Source: Octopus vulgaris
Taxonomy: Eukaryota
DNA length: 64,000 nucleotides
Direction of reading: 5' to 3'
Assembly: GCA_951406725.2 (NCBI GenBank)
Contig: OX597819.1
Location: forward strand, 26,536,001 to 26,600,000
A model generated the notes under the pieces. The model worked only from the letters and a program-made list of their open reading frames with translations, searched no databases and was not told where the DNA came from. Of this stretch, positions 38,377 through 51,044 are shown piece after piece. Each line of letters opens with the position of its first letter. Position 1 is the stretch's first letter. The translations under genes were made by a program, and so were the position numbers.

Positions 38377-39752
38377 TATATATATATATATATTCAGAAT
38401 TTCAATAATTGTGTTGCTGAACTGTATTCAGCTGTCAAGTGTAATTATATCAAATCAATTATGTGTGATTATAAGCTCCCTCTTGCTCCTTGCGGATAAA
38501 TGTGCATGCATATAGGCGTTCTCGTAGTCACTAAATTTTTAGTTTTATACGAATATATTTAGTTCAAGAGAGAAAACACGCATTAAACAACTATAGTCTG
38601 ACGGACAGTAATTAACTTTTCAAATTGTATATTAGATACAGTGTTATATTGTGGGAATCAGCAAGATTGAATTATTGATATATGTAAGTAAAATGAAAGC
38701 AATTGAAATACACCTAAATGCAAGCAGTATTTTCTCTCCTGATCATTCGTAATTAATCATTGATTGTTATTTCAATAATATCAAGTCTTGGTATAGTCAA
38801 AATGATGCAATAGACTTGTCTTTATTCCTTCCGTTGTCTTAAGCAAGTGTTGGACATGAAATATAGGACGTTGTTAAAATAGTGATTATTGCTTTTGTTC
38901 CGTTACCATAATCAGGAAATTCAGTTTTCTACAATGCTATTAATAATGTAAGGATTTGAAATTCATTTTCTGAAATATCCCGAAATATATTACAATATGC
39001 AATTATCCATTACATTCTAATCACCAACAATATAACATGTAATACAGATGTAAACTTCGATTAGACTAAAGTCTGGAATATTCACGCGATCTTCGGCAGT
39101 CTCAACTCCCAGGACGATCACCAGACGTGTATCCCTTAAATGATTAGATATCGAGCAAAGATGCCAAGACCTATAATCATTTTTGGTCATATAGTTAATT
39201 TGAAATATAAGAAGATGTTCATCTAACGTTAGAAGGGCTGAATATACACTAATTCTTTAGCCAGAGAAAGCCATCACAATCGTACATAGAATCACAATAC
39301 TTCTGTAACATCTAGGTTGCTAGATCCTTTCTTTTTGTGAACTTAGTAAATTTTGTTGAACTTTGATCATATTGCTCATTTTAAAAACATCTAGACATCA
39401 ATCTTTGATGAATAATACAAGAGAAGTACAACCTTAAGTTGTAAAATTTTTTTGTTTTGCTTCCGATCATAGGTATTTTTCAAAACATTTGTGAATGGGA
39501 TTTCCAGTTTTATTGGGGGCAAAATTTCGTCGGTTGCTAAAGATTTCTTCACTTCCATCTTACAATATCCATAGGATAGGTAAATGTAATCTAGAAAAAA
39601 CACTTTAAAGCAGTTCACTCTATTTATTCAAACCAATAAAGAAATATATTTGCTGAAAATCATTATTGTATATGATTTTAAAATTGACTTATTTTTAATT
39701 CAGTTTCTATGTTTAGACATGCATATGTATTCTTTTTTTTTTGTTTTTGCAG

Positions 39753-39842
39753 CACGAAGAAGCCAAGAAAGCCGAAAAACCGTTGCCAGCAGAGCAACAG
39801 ATAGCTTTAAAACTTAAACTGCATCAACCAACAAAGCAGGAA
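39753..39842 (+). CDS. Internal coding exon (90 nt, phase 0/0), probably of the BAIAP3/Munc13-4-like gene
   Basis: Strong acceptor (long T-rich tract, TTTTTGCAG ending 39752) and GTAAGT donor at 39843. Only frame 0 is open: HEEAKKAEKPLPAEQQIALKLKLHQPTKQE. It joins in phase to the 42108 exon, giving ...PTKQE|YELLYIEVLY. The peptide itself is not recognisable. Confidence 0.7.
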
Positions 39843-40061
39843 GTAAGTTGACACCTTGTTTAAGACATAATAGTAATTAATCACGATTTTCAGATTATAT
39901 AAGTCATAATGTCACATTTTTATTACTCAAACAGGCGCTTATATAAAATAATATACCGTTCAGAACAAGGATTCGATGGTATCGCCTAACTACATCCTCA
40001 CAATTTTGCCAGCCTTGTGCCTAAACCAAGCAGAGTTATTATCATTATTGATTTAATAAAA

Positions 40062-40274
40062 CAATGAACTGTTAGAATCATTAACAAGTTCGACAGAATG
40101 TTGAGTGGCATTTCTTCTGGTTCTTTACCTTCTGAGTTCAAGTTGCACTGAGGTCAATTTTGTCTTTCTTCGTTTCAAGGTTGAGAAAAAATAAAGTACC
40201 AGTCAAATGTTGGGGTTTAATATAATCATCTATCACCACCCAGAAATTGCCAGCCTTGTTCAAAAATTTGAAAA

Positions 40275-40276
<2 letters not shown>
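40062..40276 (+). mobile_element. SINE family D (Meta-like); its (ATT)n tail begins the TTA array
   Basis: TTCTGAGTTCAAGTTGCACTGAGGTCAATTTTGTCTTTCTTCGTTTCAAGG..AAATAAAGTACCAG; homologous to 16571-16797. Confidence 0.7.
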
Positions 40277-40310
<34 letters not shown>

Positions 40311-40311
<1 letters not shown>

Positions 40312-40868
40312 GAGTGAGTGAACAGTGCATGCCCTCAAAGTGACACTGGAGTAAAATATACGAAGGCCAGTATATCCATTATGACTACCCGTCTGATAAG
40401 GGTACATCAGGTACATGCATCACAACCATATGTGCGCGACATTGTGATCTCATATCAAGATAAACAGCGCATGACCTTGCAGGTGGGGCCCAGTTAGAAT
40501 TTTCTTCTGCTCGAGTAGCCCATCCGGCTCAAAAGGTCCCTGAATAAGGATTGTTTGAGGATGTTGAGCGAACCACCCTTGTTTCCAAAGGTGAATTATC
40601 TAAACCGCTAAGAATTCCTCTCAACACATGGCTATGATGCTCCCCCACTACTTTTGCTCGTGATCAGGGATGCACATATCGTCAGCCACTAAGGGACATG
40701 GTCGCCTAGTTAAGATCAAACAACTGACAAGCAAATCTGTGGTATTGAGCAGAATATTTGCTGTGGCCCATCTTTTATACCAAGACAAAACAATGTACAT
40801 GATAACACTTCCAATCAGTTAAGATCAAAAGCCATGAGAGCCACTGTCTGGTACTTCATCAGGGCATT
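40311..40868 (-). mobile_element. ~560-bp non-coding element inside (TAA)n, copy 1
   Basis: Colinear with 40922-41482, with the same boundaries and TTA/TTC repeats on both flanks. Strand is inferred by analogy to the neighbouring Dong pieces. Confidence 0.8.
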
Positions 40869-40921
40869 CTTCTTCTTCTTCTTATTATTATTATTATTAT
40901 TATTATTATCATCATCATCAT

Positions 40922-41482
40922 TGAGTGAAAGAGCAGCGCATGCCATCAAAGTGACACTAGGGTACAAATATACGAAACCCAATATACTCATCATGGCTAT
41001 CCATCTGATAAGGGTACACCAAGCACATGCATCACAAACATATGTGCGAGACATGGTTACCTCATATCAAGATAAACAGCACATAACCTTGCAGCTGGGG
41101 CCCAGTTAGAATCTTCTTCAGATCAGGTGGTACATCCGAATTTAAAGTTCCCTGAATATGGTTTGTTTTAAGGATGAGGAAAAAAAAAGCCCATGTTTCC
41201 AGAGGTTAATTATTCAAACCCCAGAGAATTCCTCTCAACACAGGGCCATGATGCTCTCCCACTACTTCTGCTCGGGATCAGAGAAGGATATATAGTCAGC
41301 TACTAAGGGACATGCTTAACAAGTTAATATCAAACAATTGACAAACAAATCTGTGGTACCGCGCCGAATATTTTCTGCAGCCCATCTTTTATACCAAGAC
41401 AAAAACAATGTACATTTTAATACTGTCAATCAGTTAAGATCAAAATCAATGAGAACCACTGTCTGGTACTGCTTGAGGGAAT
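40922..41482 (-). mobile_element. ~560-bp non-coding element inside (TAA)n, copy 2
   Basis: Diverged full-length homologue of 40311-40868. Confidence 0.8.
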
Positions 41483-41484
41483 CA

Positions 41485-41547
<63 letters not shown>

Positions 41548-41548
<1 letters not shown>

Positions 41549-41768
41549 GGTTTGGCGCAGATTCGGTCTTATTCCTTGTAAGTATGGTGTGGATACCGGG
41601 TTTCTCCCTGTAACCTTAGGTATCCACAAGTTTTCAGCAGTCTTTCAAGTGCTTAGAACCCTCCTGATAATCTTTGCTCTCTAAGAGAGGCAAACGGTCT
41701 GTAGGAGCTCTACCGGGCATTCTATTTCAATCTCCTCCAGCCATTTGTCCATATCTTGGCTTACAGTT
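41548..41768 (-). mobile_element. R4/Dong LINE 3' end
   Basis: Translates to TVSQDMDKWLEEIEIECPVELLQTVCL..AKIIRRVLST*, the R4/Dong C-terminus (LQK..LLGTA.I.R.VL), then a 3' UTR. (TAA)n on both sides. Confidence 0.88.
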
Positions 41769-41782
41769 TATTATTATTATTA

Positions 41783-41828
<46 letters not shown>

Positions 41829-41843
41829 CATTATCATCATTAT

Positions 41844-41992
41844 TTTTTTTTCTTCCTTCAAATTTGCTTCCATTTCTTGCCGAGTGTCTTCCCGACTCCT
41901 AGGGCAAAGAAACTCATAGTAGTTGGTAGGCCATTAAACTAAACTCAATAGTTCGTTCATTTTTTTTAAAGTTAAATTAAAATACACGGGTA

Positions 41993-41993
<1 letters not shown>
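41844..41993 (-). mobile_element. Probable Dong-like 3' UTR fragment of another subfamily
   Basis: Flanked by (TAA)n; TTGCC-CTAGGAGTCGGGAAGACACTC-GGCAA stem resembles those of the other Dong UTRs here. Confidence 0.5.
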
Positions 41994-42038
<45 letters not shown>

Positions 42039-42107
42039 GTTGTTGTTGTTGTTGTTTTTTATGTTATTATTATTGTTATTATTGTCATTGATGGCTTTCT
42101 TTTTCAG

Positions 42108-42275
42108 TATGAGCTTCTTTACATTGAAGTTCTCTATACCATTAAACATAAGATCGGGACAACCATTGGTGGACACCTACCATACATGCAAGATCTCTAC
42201 CAATATGCACAAGATGCATTTGGTATGCCTCCCGAAGACCACGCTAAACTACTTGCCAAAGCTACGGAAGAAAAG
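42108..42275 (+). CDS. BAIAP3: Internal coding exon (168 nt, phase 0/0) of a BAIAP3/UNC13D (Munc13-4, staccato-like) protein, region just before the C2A domain
   Basis: Acceptor CTTTCTTTTTCAG and donor AAG|GTATGT. Translation YELLYIEVLYTIKHKIGTTIGGHLPYMQDLYQYAQDAFGMPPEDHAKLLAKATEEK matches the family pattern I recall (LY.E.LYT...G...L..Y.Q.AFG...E.H...L...EEK, followed by C2A). BAIAP3 versus UNC13D orthology cannot be resolved from one exon. Confidence 0.8.
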
Positions 42276-44418
42276 GTATGTGTTCATCATTAGCTACATT
42301 ATATTTAATTATCCATCTTTTCCATTTTGTCTGCCGGGGCCATGAGAATGTTTCTTACTAAAGATATATAAACAGGAATGAGTGTATAACTTTGGAATAA
42401 ATTTAGTTGTTATCATCGTCACCCTACAACTATGAAATATCAGCTGTTTTGCATGAACGGTTAAATGAATGAGAAATTAGTATAACGGCAAATGAAATTA
42501 CCTTTGGGTTTGTATTTTCCTGATAACTCTAATAACAGTTACCAGATTTTATTTCTCTTGGCGATATCTTACGACGTCATTGAAATTAATCGATGCTTTA
42601 TGCCCTTTCATATTTTTATACGTGTTCCTACTTACATTCTTCAGAACAAATATAGTTTGTGATATTTTTCCTAGGCTGACATCTCTATCTTTTATATATT
42701 CCTGAAACTGTTATGCATCAGTGTTTCAATCTCAGCATTGATGACACTATGCCTACTCCATCAAATACAATTTCGTACAGGATGTGCGGTTCTCCGAATA
42801 ATCTTTCTCCATCTTAGACTTTAAATCGCTTCTTAGAAAGCTTTTCATGATTAGTAATGAAATCGAGTTTTGCAATATTTTCAGAGGATACTAAAATATT
42901 AGTGAGATTTTCTCTTAGCAACTTTTAAACGAATTCACCCTTTCATAGCAAAAACTTTGCTTCACTTAAATATCTTTTTCTTTGCAATATTCATGTGCCA
43001 GTCATGCATTTTACACTTTCCGACAAAAACATAAATAAAAAAAAAGAAGCTCGCGTCTTCCGGATTGTCGAAAGCGCTTATCTAGCCACGACACTGCAAC
43101 TATTATAGTCCAAATTTTAATATCTCCTCGAAAATTACGCTCATGTGACAGTCACTTAATAAAATCATGTAGATATATACCAGACAATTTGCACTACTAT
43201 ACTTATCTGAAACATTTAGCAATGATGGAATCTCTATATATTCATTCGTCTTACTGGACTTAGCAGCCAAAGCTTTCATAGATTAAAACCTACTATCTTT
43301 AGAAAAATACATATCAATAATGAAGTCACGAGTACACAACGTTTGATAAAGACTGGCTTGTAACTGTTGTAATTATTTGATCGCAGGTTTGGTCGATCAT
43401 ACTGGCATGGACCTAAACACGAAAAGAATCAATATTTAAGATAAAAGTGAATAAGCTCTGCAGACTAAGATGTTAATGATTTGAATATGCGAATGGCTTA
43501 ATTTCCAATCACCATTGTAAGAAATTTACCAAATAAAATGTTTGTAAAAGCACAAGTGCAGTCGAAATTCTCGTATTTCACACAACATGTTATGAAACAA
43601 GCCTCTGTGAAGGTCTCACTATATGTGTTGAAAGAAGAAAACTTGAGTCATATATTCGGTTTATATTTGGCATGCTGAGTACTGATGCTCGCCGTGTAAA
43701 TAGAGTTGAAGAATTGCACTGACAAAAGTCACAACTTCACAACATGTCACTGTCCTACACTATTTTACAGAAACATATAACTAATCACTAACATAAACAA
43801 GTTGTATATTGAACCATTAGAAAAGAACAAATTAGCAAGGACTACCGAAGGTCTAGGAGTCGTACATGATAGCGGGCAAGACGCAAAGTTTTCCGAAGAC
43901 ATGTCTCAAAAAATCATCCTGTGACCGTATATGCAAATTTGGGTCACCTATATTCTTTAATGCGCCAAAACAAGTTGCCTTAATATGCACTACTAAAATT
44001 GGGTTGCATCTAATAGTCCTGTGGGGTTTTTTATGCCATCAAATAGGCTATAAGCATAGGGTCTAGTTACCTTGCATTTCCTTGACCATTTTCTTTCGCA
44101 TGCAATACTTACAATAAACATATCTGATTGAGGGATGTATTACTTCCTCGCCAATTATTCAACACATATATTAAACTAATCTAAGTATACTAAAAATATG
44201 CCAATGAGTACTTAGAGCTACTTTTGATTTGCTGAAAACCAAATTTGACTAAAAATGAATTTTGCAAGCATATTTTACGATCTACTGATTAAAAGGTTCT
44301 CATGTAGCCAAACACACTAAAGCGATTCTCTCGTGAATGAAAGAAAGGAATGGGAAATATTAAAATCGTGTGAAAAACAAAACATTGCACGCTTCTGTGT
44401 GTGTCTTTAGGTATATAT

Positions 44419-44470
<52 letters not shown>

Positions 44471-44984
44471 TATTGACGCCATAAGAAATGTTTAACTTCA
44501 GAGAAAGTGTGGGATAGCTTTTTGCGTGAGGAGAGAAAATTTGTCTCAAAATACACATAAAACTATAAATAACAGCTTGTAAATGATGGACTGAAAACAA
44601 AGACCCTTTTAGATAGGAAAGTTCCACGGGCAGACTCCGGATATCTTTCTCCGAAAGGTTCATATCATAAAGCTTTGAGAACTTTGAGAAGCAATTTCAA
44701 AAATGAATTATATATCTGTGTGTGTGTCACAAATTAAATAAACGATAAGGGTGCAAAATAATAAGGTAAGGAAATGCATTAGCTTGTAGTAACAATAAGT
44801 TACAATGCTCTGATAATTAAAAGTTTGTTTATTACAATATAGCTTCGCTTCGGAGCTTTGGTGATGCACAAGAACATAGATACAAACGAATAAAGTTTGT
44901 TGTGTAACATTTTGTTCCGTTGTCATTTATTTAATTTCCTATTTCACTGTGAACTCGAATGACACTTTTTCCTGAAGAACGTGT

Positions 44985-45452
44985 ATATCACTACACCACA
45001 CCACCTCACGATACACGACCATACCACACATCGTATCACACACTACGCACACACTAACACTGACAACTTGCCAGCCCCACACCATCATCCACACATCTAC
45101 ACATGAACACACACACACACGTCAAGATGACCAGCCCTTTTCCACACGCACATACATGCTCTCTTATATACACGCACGTGCACCTTTGTTTTGCGATCAC
45201 CACTACTTTATTATCTCCCCTTCTTACTAGCACTGTGTGACTCCTCTGTCTCGCATTCGCCATGATAGCTCGCTAGCCACTACACATTCATTATTTTCTG
45301 TCCTTGTTTCTTTCTGTGTTCCTGTCTGTGGAAGAGCGTAGGCTCGAAACGTTAAAGAATTTTTCATTCCCGAGCGTTAAACAAATAATCTTTTTGTTGT
45401 CTACACAACCTGTCTTTGTCTTTTGTTATTATTTTTGTGAATTCTCCCAATG
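44985..45452 (+). mobile_element. Penelope-like pseudo-LTR fragment with a variant hammerhead-like motif (45322-45358)
   Basis: CTGTGGAA-GAGC GTAG GCTC-GAAA-CGTT-AAAG; homologous to 3811-4018; ends in (TA)n. Confidence 0.6.
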
Positions 45453-45483
45453 CATATATATATATATATATATATATACATAA

Positions 45484-45651
<168 letters not shown>

Positions 45652-45654
45652 TTT

Positions 45655-45935
45655 GATTCTTTTAATTCTTTCAGTTATTTAACAATGGCCATACTGGAGT
45701 GGCCGCCTTGAAGGATTTTAGTCGAACAAGTCCACATCAGGACTTTCTTTTAAAGCCTGGTACATATTTTATCGGTCATTATTGCGGAACAACTACGTTA
45801 CAAGGACGTAAACCCGCCAACACAAGTTCTCAAGCGGTGATGGGGTGGGAAAACACAGACACAAAGGCACACAGACATAAACATATGCACACACATAAAT
45901 ATATATGTTAAACACACACACACACTCACACACAT

Positions 45936-46010
<75 letters not shown>

Positions 46011-46125
46011 CGTCAGGTTGCTCGCATCTGTCTACCAAATCTATTCATGAAGCTTTTGTAGGCCATAGCCGAAGATATTTCTCGAAGGACTAAACCCAGA
46101 ACTATGTAATTTGAAAGCAAACATA
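45655..46125 (-). mobile_element. SINE family A, degraded
   Basis: Tail and body blocks are recognisable (GGCCATACTGGAG, TATCGGTC, GTCTACCAAAT). Confidence 0.75.
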
Positions 46126-46308
46126 CAATACATACAAGAGTATTTTATACTCTATTATACATGATATTTTCTCTCTCTCTATATATATATATATATGTAT
46201 ATATATAGATATGTATGTATATATATATATATACATATATATGTATATATATATTTATACATATATATATATGTATATATATATATGTATATATATACGT
46301 ATATATAC

Positions 46309-46372
<64 letters not shown>

Positions 46373-46379
46373 GTATATA

Positions 46380-46434
<55 letters not shown>

Positions 46435-46513
46435 GTATATATATGTATATATGTATATGTATATATGTATATGTATATATATATATATGTATATGTATAT
46501 ATATATGTATATA

Positions 46514-46556
<43 letters not shown>

Positions 46557-46795
46557 GTATATATATATGTATATATATATGTATATGTATATATATATGT
46601 ATATGTATATATATATGTATATGTATATATATATGTATATGTATATATATATGTATATGTATATATATATATGTATATGTATATATATATGTATATGTAT
46701 ATATATATGTATATGTATATATATATGTATATGTATATATATATGTATATGTATATATATATGTATATGTATATATATATGTATATATATATATG

Positions 46796-46865
<70 letters not shown>

Positions 46866-47348
46866 TAATCTCATGCATGATGCTAAGTACTTATACAATC
46901 CAGAGCCAAACAGCCCTTGTTATAATGATCGCCAAAAGCCAGCCTACTCTGAAAGATAGCTCAAGATCACAAAGCACAATTTGTTTTACACTTTCATTTA
47001 CATTTAAATTCATGAAAAGTTTGATATCTGTCTGTCAACTGTCAGAATAATTTGGCATTTCCATTTAATGTCAGTCATAGTACCTTTTTAACTATAAGTC
47101 AGAACTGTCAAATCTTTCTCAGTATAACATGAAAACAAGTAGTTTTAGATTGAAACTATTTTAAAGTTGTCTTCATTCATGTTCCTCTTCCCTTTTACAT
47201 TTCGTTTGTTAAACTATTACTTATAGGTATATATACATAAATATATTCTATGCATGTATACTTATATATATGAATATATGTATCTATCTATCTACCTATT
47301 TATATACATATATATATATGTATATGTATATATGTATATATATATGTG

Positions 47349-47379
<31 letters not shown>

Positions 47380-47422
47380 GTATATACATATATGTATGTA
47401 TATATTTATATATGTATATACA

Positions 47423-47485
<63 letters not shown>

Positions 47486-47492
47486 GTATATA

Positions 47493-47525
<33 letters not shown>

Positions 47526-47571
47526 TTTATATATATATATTTTATATATATATATGTATATATATATATAT

Positions 47572-49106
47572 AAGCTCCCAGTCAAATTGAAAGAGGGGGT
47601 AATATGCCCTATCCATAAGGGAGGTAGCAGAGCAGATGCTAAAAATTATAGGCCTATCTCTCTGACCTCACACATCAGCAAAGTCATGGAACGAATAGTC
47701 CGTAAGAAACTAATCATGTTCCTTGAAGAAAATGACTGTCTGACACCCAGCATGGATTTCGACCAGGTAGAGGCTGCCTAACACAGCTCCTGCAACACTA
47801 TGACTGGGTGTTGAAACAGCTACTAAATGGCTCAAATGTGGATGTAATATATCTCGACTTTGCAAAAGCCTTTGATAAAGTCGACCATGGTATGATCTGT
47901 CACAAACTGCGTGGTCTCGGCATAAGCGGGAAACTTGGAGAGTGGCTGCACAACTTCCTAAAAGACAGAAAACAGGCAGTTGTGAGCAATGGAGCCACCT
48001 CCAAGGAAACGCAAATAACAAGCGGTGTCCCACAGGGCACTGTCTTGGGGCCACTGATGTTCATAGTGGCCCTTTCAGACATGCCTTCAGTTGCTACGAT
48101 GACCACCCTTGCTAGCTATGCAGATGACACAAAAGTCTCCCACGCAATACAAAACCCTGAAAATATTGCGCATCTGCAACATGAGCTGGACACAATATAC
48201 AGGTGGGCTGAGGACAACAACATGCAGTTTAATGCAGGTAAGTTCCAGGCCCTGCGCTATTGGCACACAAAGGTAAATGACGTGAAGACTGGATACACTG
48301 GCCCAGGAAGAATTGCAATCCCTGAGTCAAAATCAGTGCGTGACCTGGGCATTGACATGAGCAATGATGCATCTTTCCAAATGCATATTGCTAATCTGGT
48401 GATAAAATGCAGACGGCTAGCTGGATGGATTCTCCGAACTTTCAGAACAAAAGAGGAGACACTGATGGTCCTATGGAAAACATTCGTCCTCAGCCGCTTG
48501 GACTACTGCTCCCAACTTTGGTCACCACACAATATAAAACAAACAGCAGAACTCGAAGCAATTCAGAGAAGCTACACAAAGAAAATCGTCTCAATGCAAA
48601 CTATCAGCTACTGGGAAAGACTGAAGGTATTAAACCTCTTCTCCCTAGAGCGGAGGCGGGAGAGATATGCAGTGATACACATCTGGAAAATCCTGGAGGG
48701 TCTTGTCCCAAACTTTGGCATTCAAAGTTACTCCAACCGCAGAACGGGGCGCCGCTGCGTGGTGCCAAGGATTCCAACATCACCATCAAAATAAAGGTCC
48801 AAATACTGCAACAGCTTGGGTTTCAGAGGACCACAGCTCTTTAACATCCTCCCTAAATGCCTGAGAGACTTACATGGTGTGGATGTGGGTTTCTTTAAAA
48901 CTAAACTGGATCTCTTCTTGTTGGGAGTCCCAGATGAACCTACCTCACGACAGGAGACGCCGATGTGGGCAGCAGCATCGAACTCCCTTGTTGATCAAGT
49001 GCCACGTATCAGAGGTGGATTCACAAACTAGTGTAGCTCATTCAGCGGTGGTGCCCCAGCATGGCCGCGGCCTTCGGGCTAAAACATTTTTAAGGATTTA
49101 AGGATT

Positions 49107-49107
<1 letters not shown>
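47572..49107 (+). mobile_element. 5'-truncated CR1-group LINE (reverse transcriptase pseudogene plus 3' UTR)
   Basis: [44 protein letters not shown]. Frameshift near 47740, in-frame TAA at 48792-48794, natural stop at 49031, tail (TTTAAGGA)n. Inserted in (TA)n. The exact clade (CR1/L2/Crack) is unresolved. Confidence 0.95.
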
Positions 49108-49152
<45 letters not shown>

Positions 49153-49192
49153 TATCTGTATATATCTGTATATATATATCTGTATATATATC

Positions 49193-49346
49193 TGTGGAAC
49201 AAATATAATATTATTGGACGCTCAGGAAAGAAGGAGGGTTTATCATTTCGAGCGGAGCTCTTCGTCGGAAACATAGAAAAGAAAGATCCAGAGAAAGGAA
49301 GACAGAGGAAAAAAATCGCCAACGGTACACACGAGGTCACATTGTG
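49193..49346 (-). mobile_element. Penelope-like terminal fragment with a mutated hammerhead-like motif (49238-49272)
   Basis: Minus strand: GTTT-CCGACGA-A-GAGC TCC GCTC-GAAA-TGAT-AAAC, followed by the TCCTGAGCG motif also seen after the 3.9 kb and 45.3 kb motifs. Confidence 0.55.
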
Positions 49347-49420
49347 TATATATGTATATGTATATATATATATATGTATATATATATGTATATATATATG
49401 TATATATATATATGTATATA

Positions 49421-49539
<119 letters not shown>

Positions 49540-49554
49540 GTATATATATATATG

Positions 49555-49585
<31 letters not shown>

Positions 49586-49598
49586 GTATATATATATG

Positions 49599-49743
<145 letters not shown>

Positions 49744-50031
49744 GTCTGCCCTTTAAATATACACATGTATTAGAATTTTGTCTGATTTTTCAGATTTTTG
49801 TATGCTAGGCTACTGGTTTTATATTGATATTAATTAAATTAATATTAAATTCATTTCTCTCAATATTTATATGTGTATATATATATATATATGTGTATAT
49901 ATATATATATATGTGTATTTATATATATGCGTATATATATATATGTATATATATATATGTGTATATATGTATATATATATATATATATATTTAAAAAAGG
50001 AGATGTGGAACACGAGTTGTGATATATAAAA

Positions 50032-50178
50032 AAAGGAAATGAAGAAGATGCTGACAAAATAATTTAAGTAAGGGAGAGTGTATTTAATTAGGTGAAAGTT
50101 CTTTTCAAAGAACTTTCACCTAATTAAATACACTCTCCCTTACTTAAATTATTTTGTCAGCATTTTCTTCATTTCCTT

Positions 50179-50179
<1 letters not shown>
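50032..50179. repeat. Near-perfect palindrome (73-bp arms, 2-nt spacer)
   Basis: Arms 50032-50104 and 50107-50179 have one visible mismatch; the palindrome lies between TA tracts. Confidence 0.95.
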
Positions 50180-50210
<31 letters not shown>

Positions 50211-50214
50211 TATA

Positions 50215-50915
50215 TTCGTAAATGTCGAACGATGAAATGAGTGCTCAATAATACATTGGTGGATCTATAATTTTCTTTATTTTTGAATTAAGGGACGTTA
50301 AGCTTGAGTGGCATCTTTTCGATGCTTGTCTTCATTGGATTTGTCTTTTGGGTAAATATTTTTTTTGTTTTAAATTTTTTTGCATTATTTTGCATTATAT
50401 GATTTGTTCTGGGCATATTGTTCTTGTAATTCTATATTGTGTCATTGTGAAGTTTGCGTGCTATGTGTGTTTACCCTTAGGTTTACCTTCGTTTATAGGG
50501 GCTCTTATTTGTAATATTTGAGTGTAAAATATCACTTGTGTACGCAGAGAGAAATTTCATCCATAATATTTAAGATGTTATCTCTTCATTGTATAATGTT
50601 TTTCAGTAATAGAGAGTTCACATTTGGTACCCCGTCCTCGTATCTTTGGGCTATAGCAATAATTATCCAGTCTATCTGGGGGTTGCTTATACCACCTTCT
50701 TTCAATGTTCATGTCATATTTAATAGAGATGTCGCATGAACTTTGCTTCTGGCCTTGTATGACGCAAGATGTGTATACCTCTCCTTCAACGAATTGCCTG
50801 TCATTCCGATATACGCCTTTGCTATTCCGTTGGGCTCCGTGATCTTGGCCTTGAATACGAGTTATTTTTCGAGACAGTTGTTGTTTCAATAATTCTACGC
50901 AATGTTTGTACATAT
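50215..50915 (-). mobile_element. Penelope-like element GIY-YIG endonuclease remnant plus 3' flank
   Basis: Minus-strand translation NNCLEK*LVFKAKITEPNGIAKAYIGMTGNSLKERYTHLASYK...ATSL...LKEGG..PQIDW.II, then a frameshift to GTKCELSITEKHY. This is the PLE GIY-YIG C-terminal signature; the ORF track shows a different frame. Confidence 0.88.
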
Positions 50916-51044
50916 GTTTGATGTATATATATATATAAATATATATGTATGTATATATATATATACATATATATTTATATATATATATATATACATACAA
51001 TGATAAATCTCAGAGCGAGTTATAAACAGTAGCGGTTACACATC

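Noticed and set aside
40660-40735. Attempted HDV-like ribozyme fold in the 560-bp element (GTCAGT/GCTGAC as P1)
   Set aside because: P1.1 and P2 could not be formed convincingly.
40276-42085. Repeat-spacer-like layout resembling a CRISPR array
   Set aside because: The repeats are variable-length microsatellites, the spacers are retroelements, the DNA is eukaryotic and there are no cas genes.
46179-47050. Long ORFs of 200-280 aa rich in I/Y/M/C (also at 19.2, 22.3, 49.1 and 51.4 kb, and poly-I at 0.75-1.1 kb)
   Set aside because: They are translations of stop-free microsatellites.
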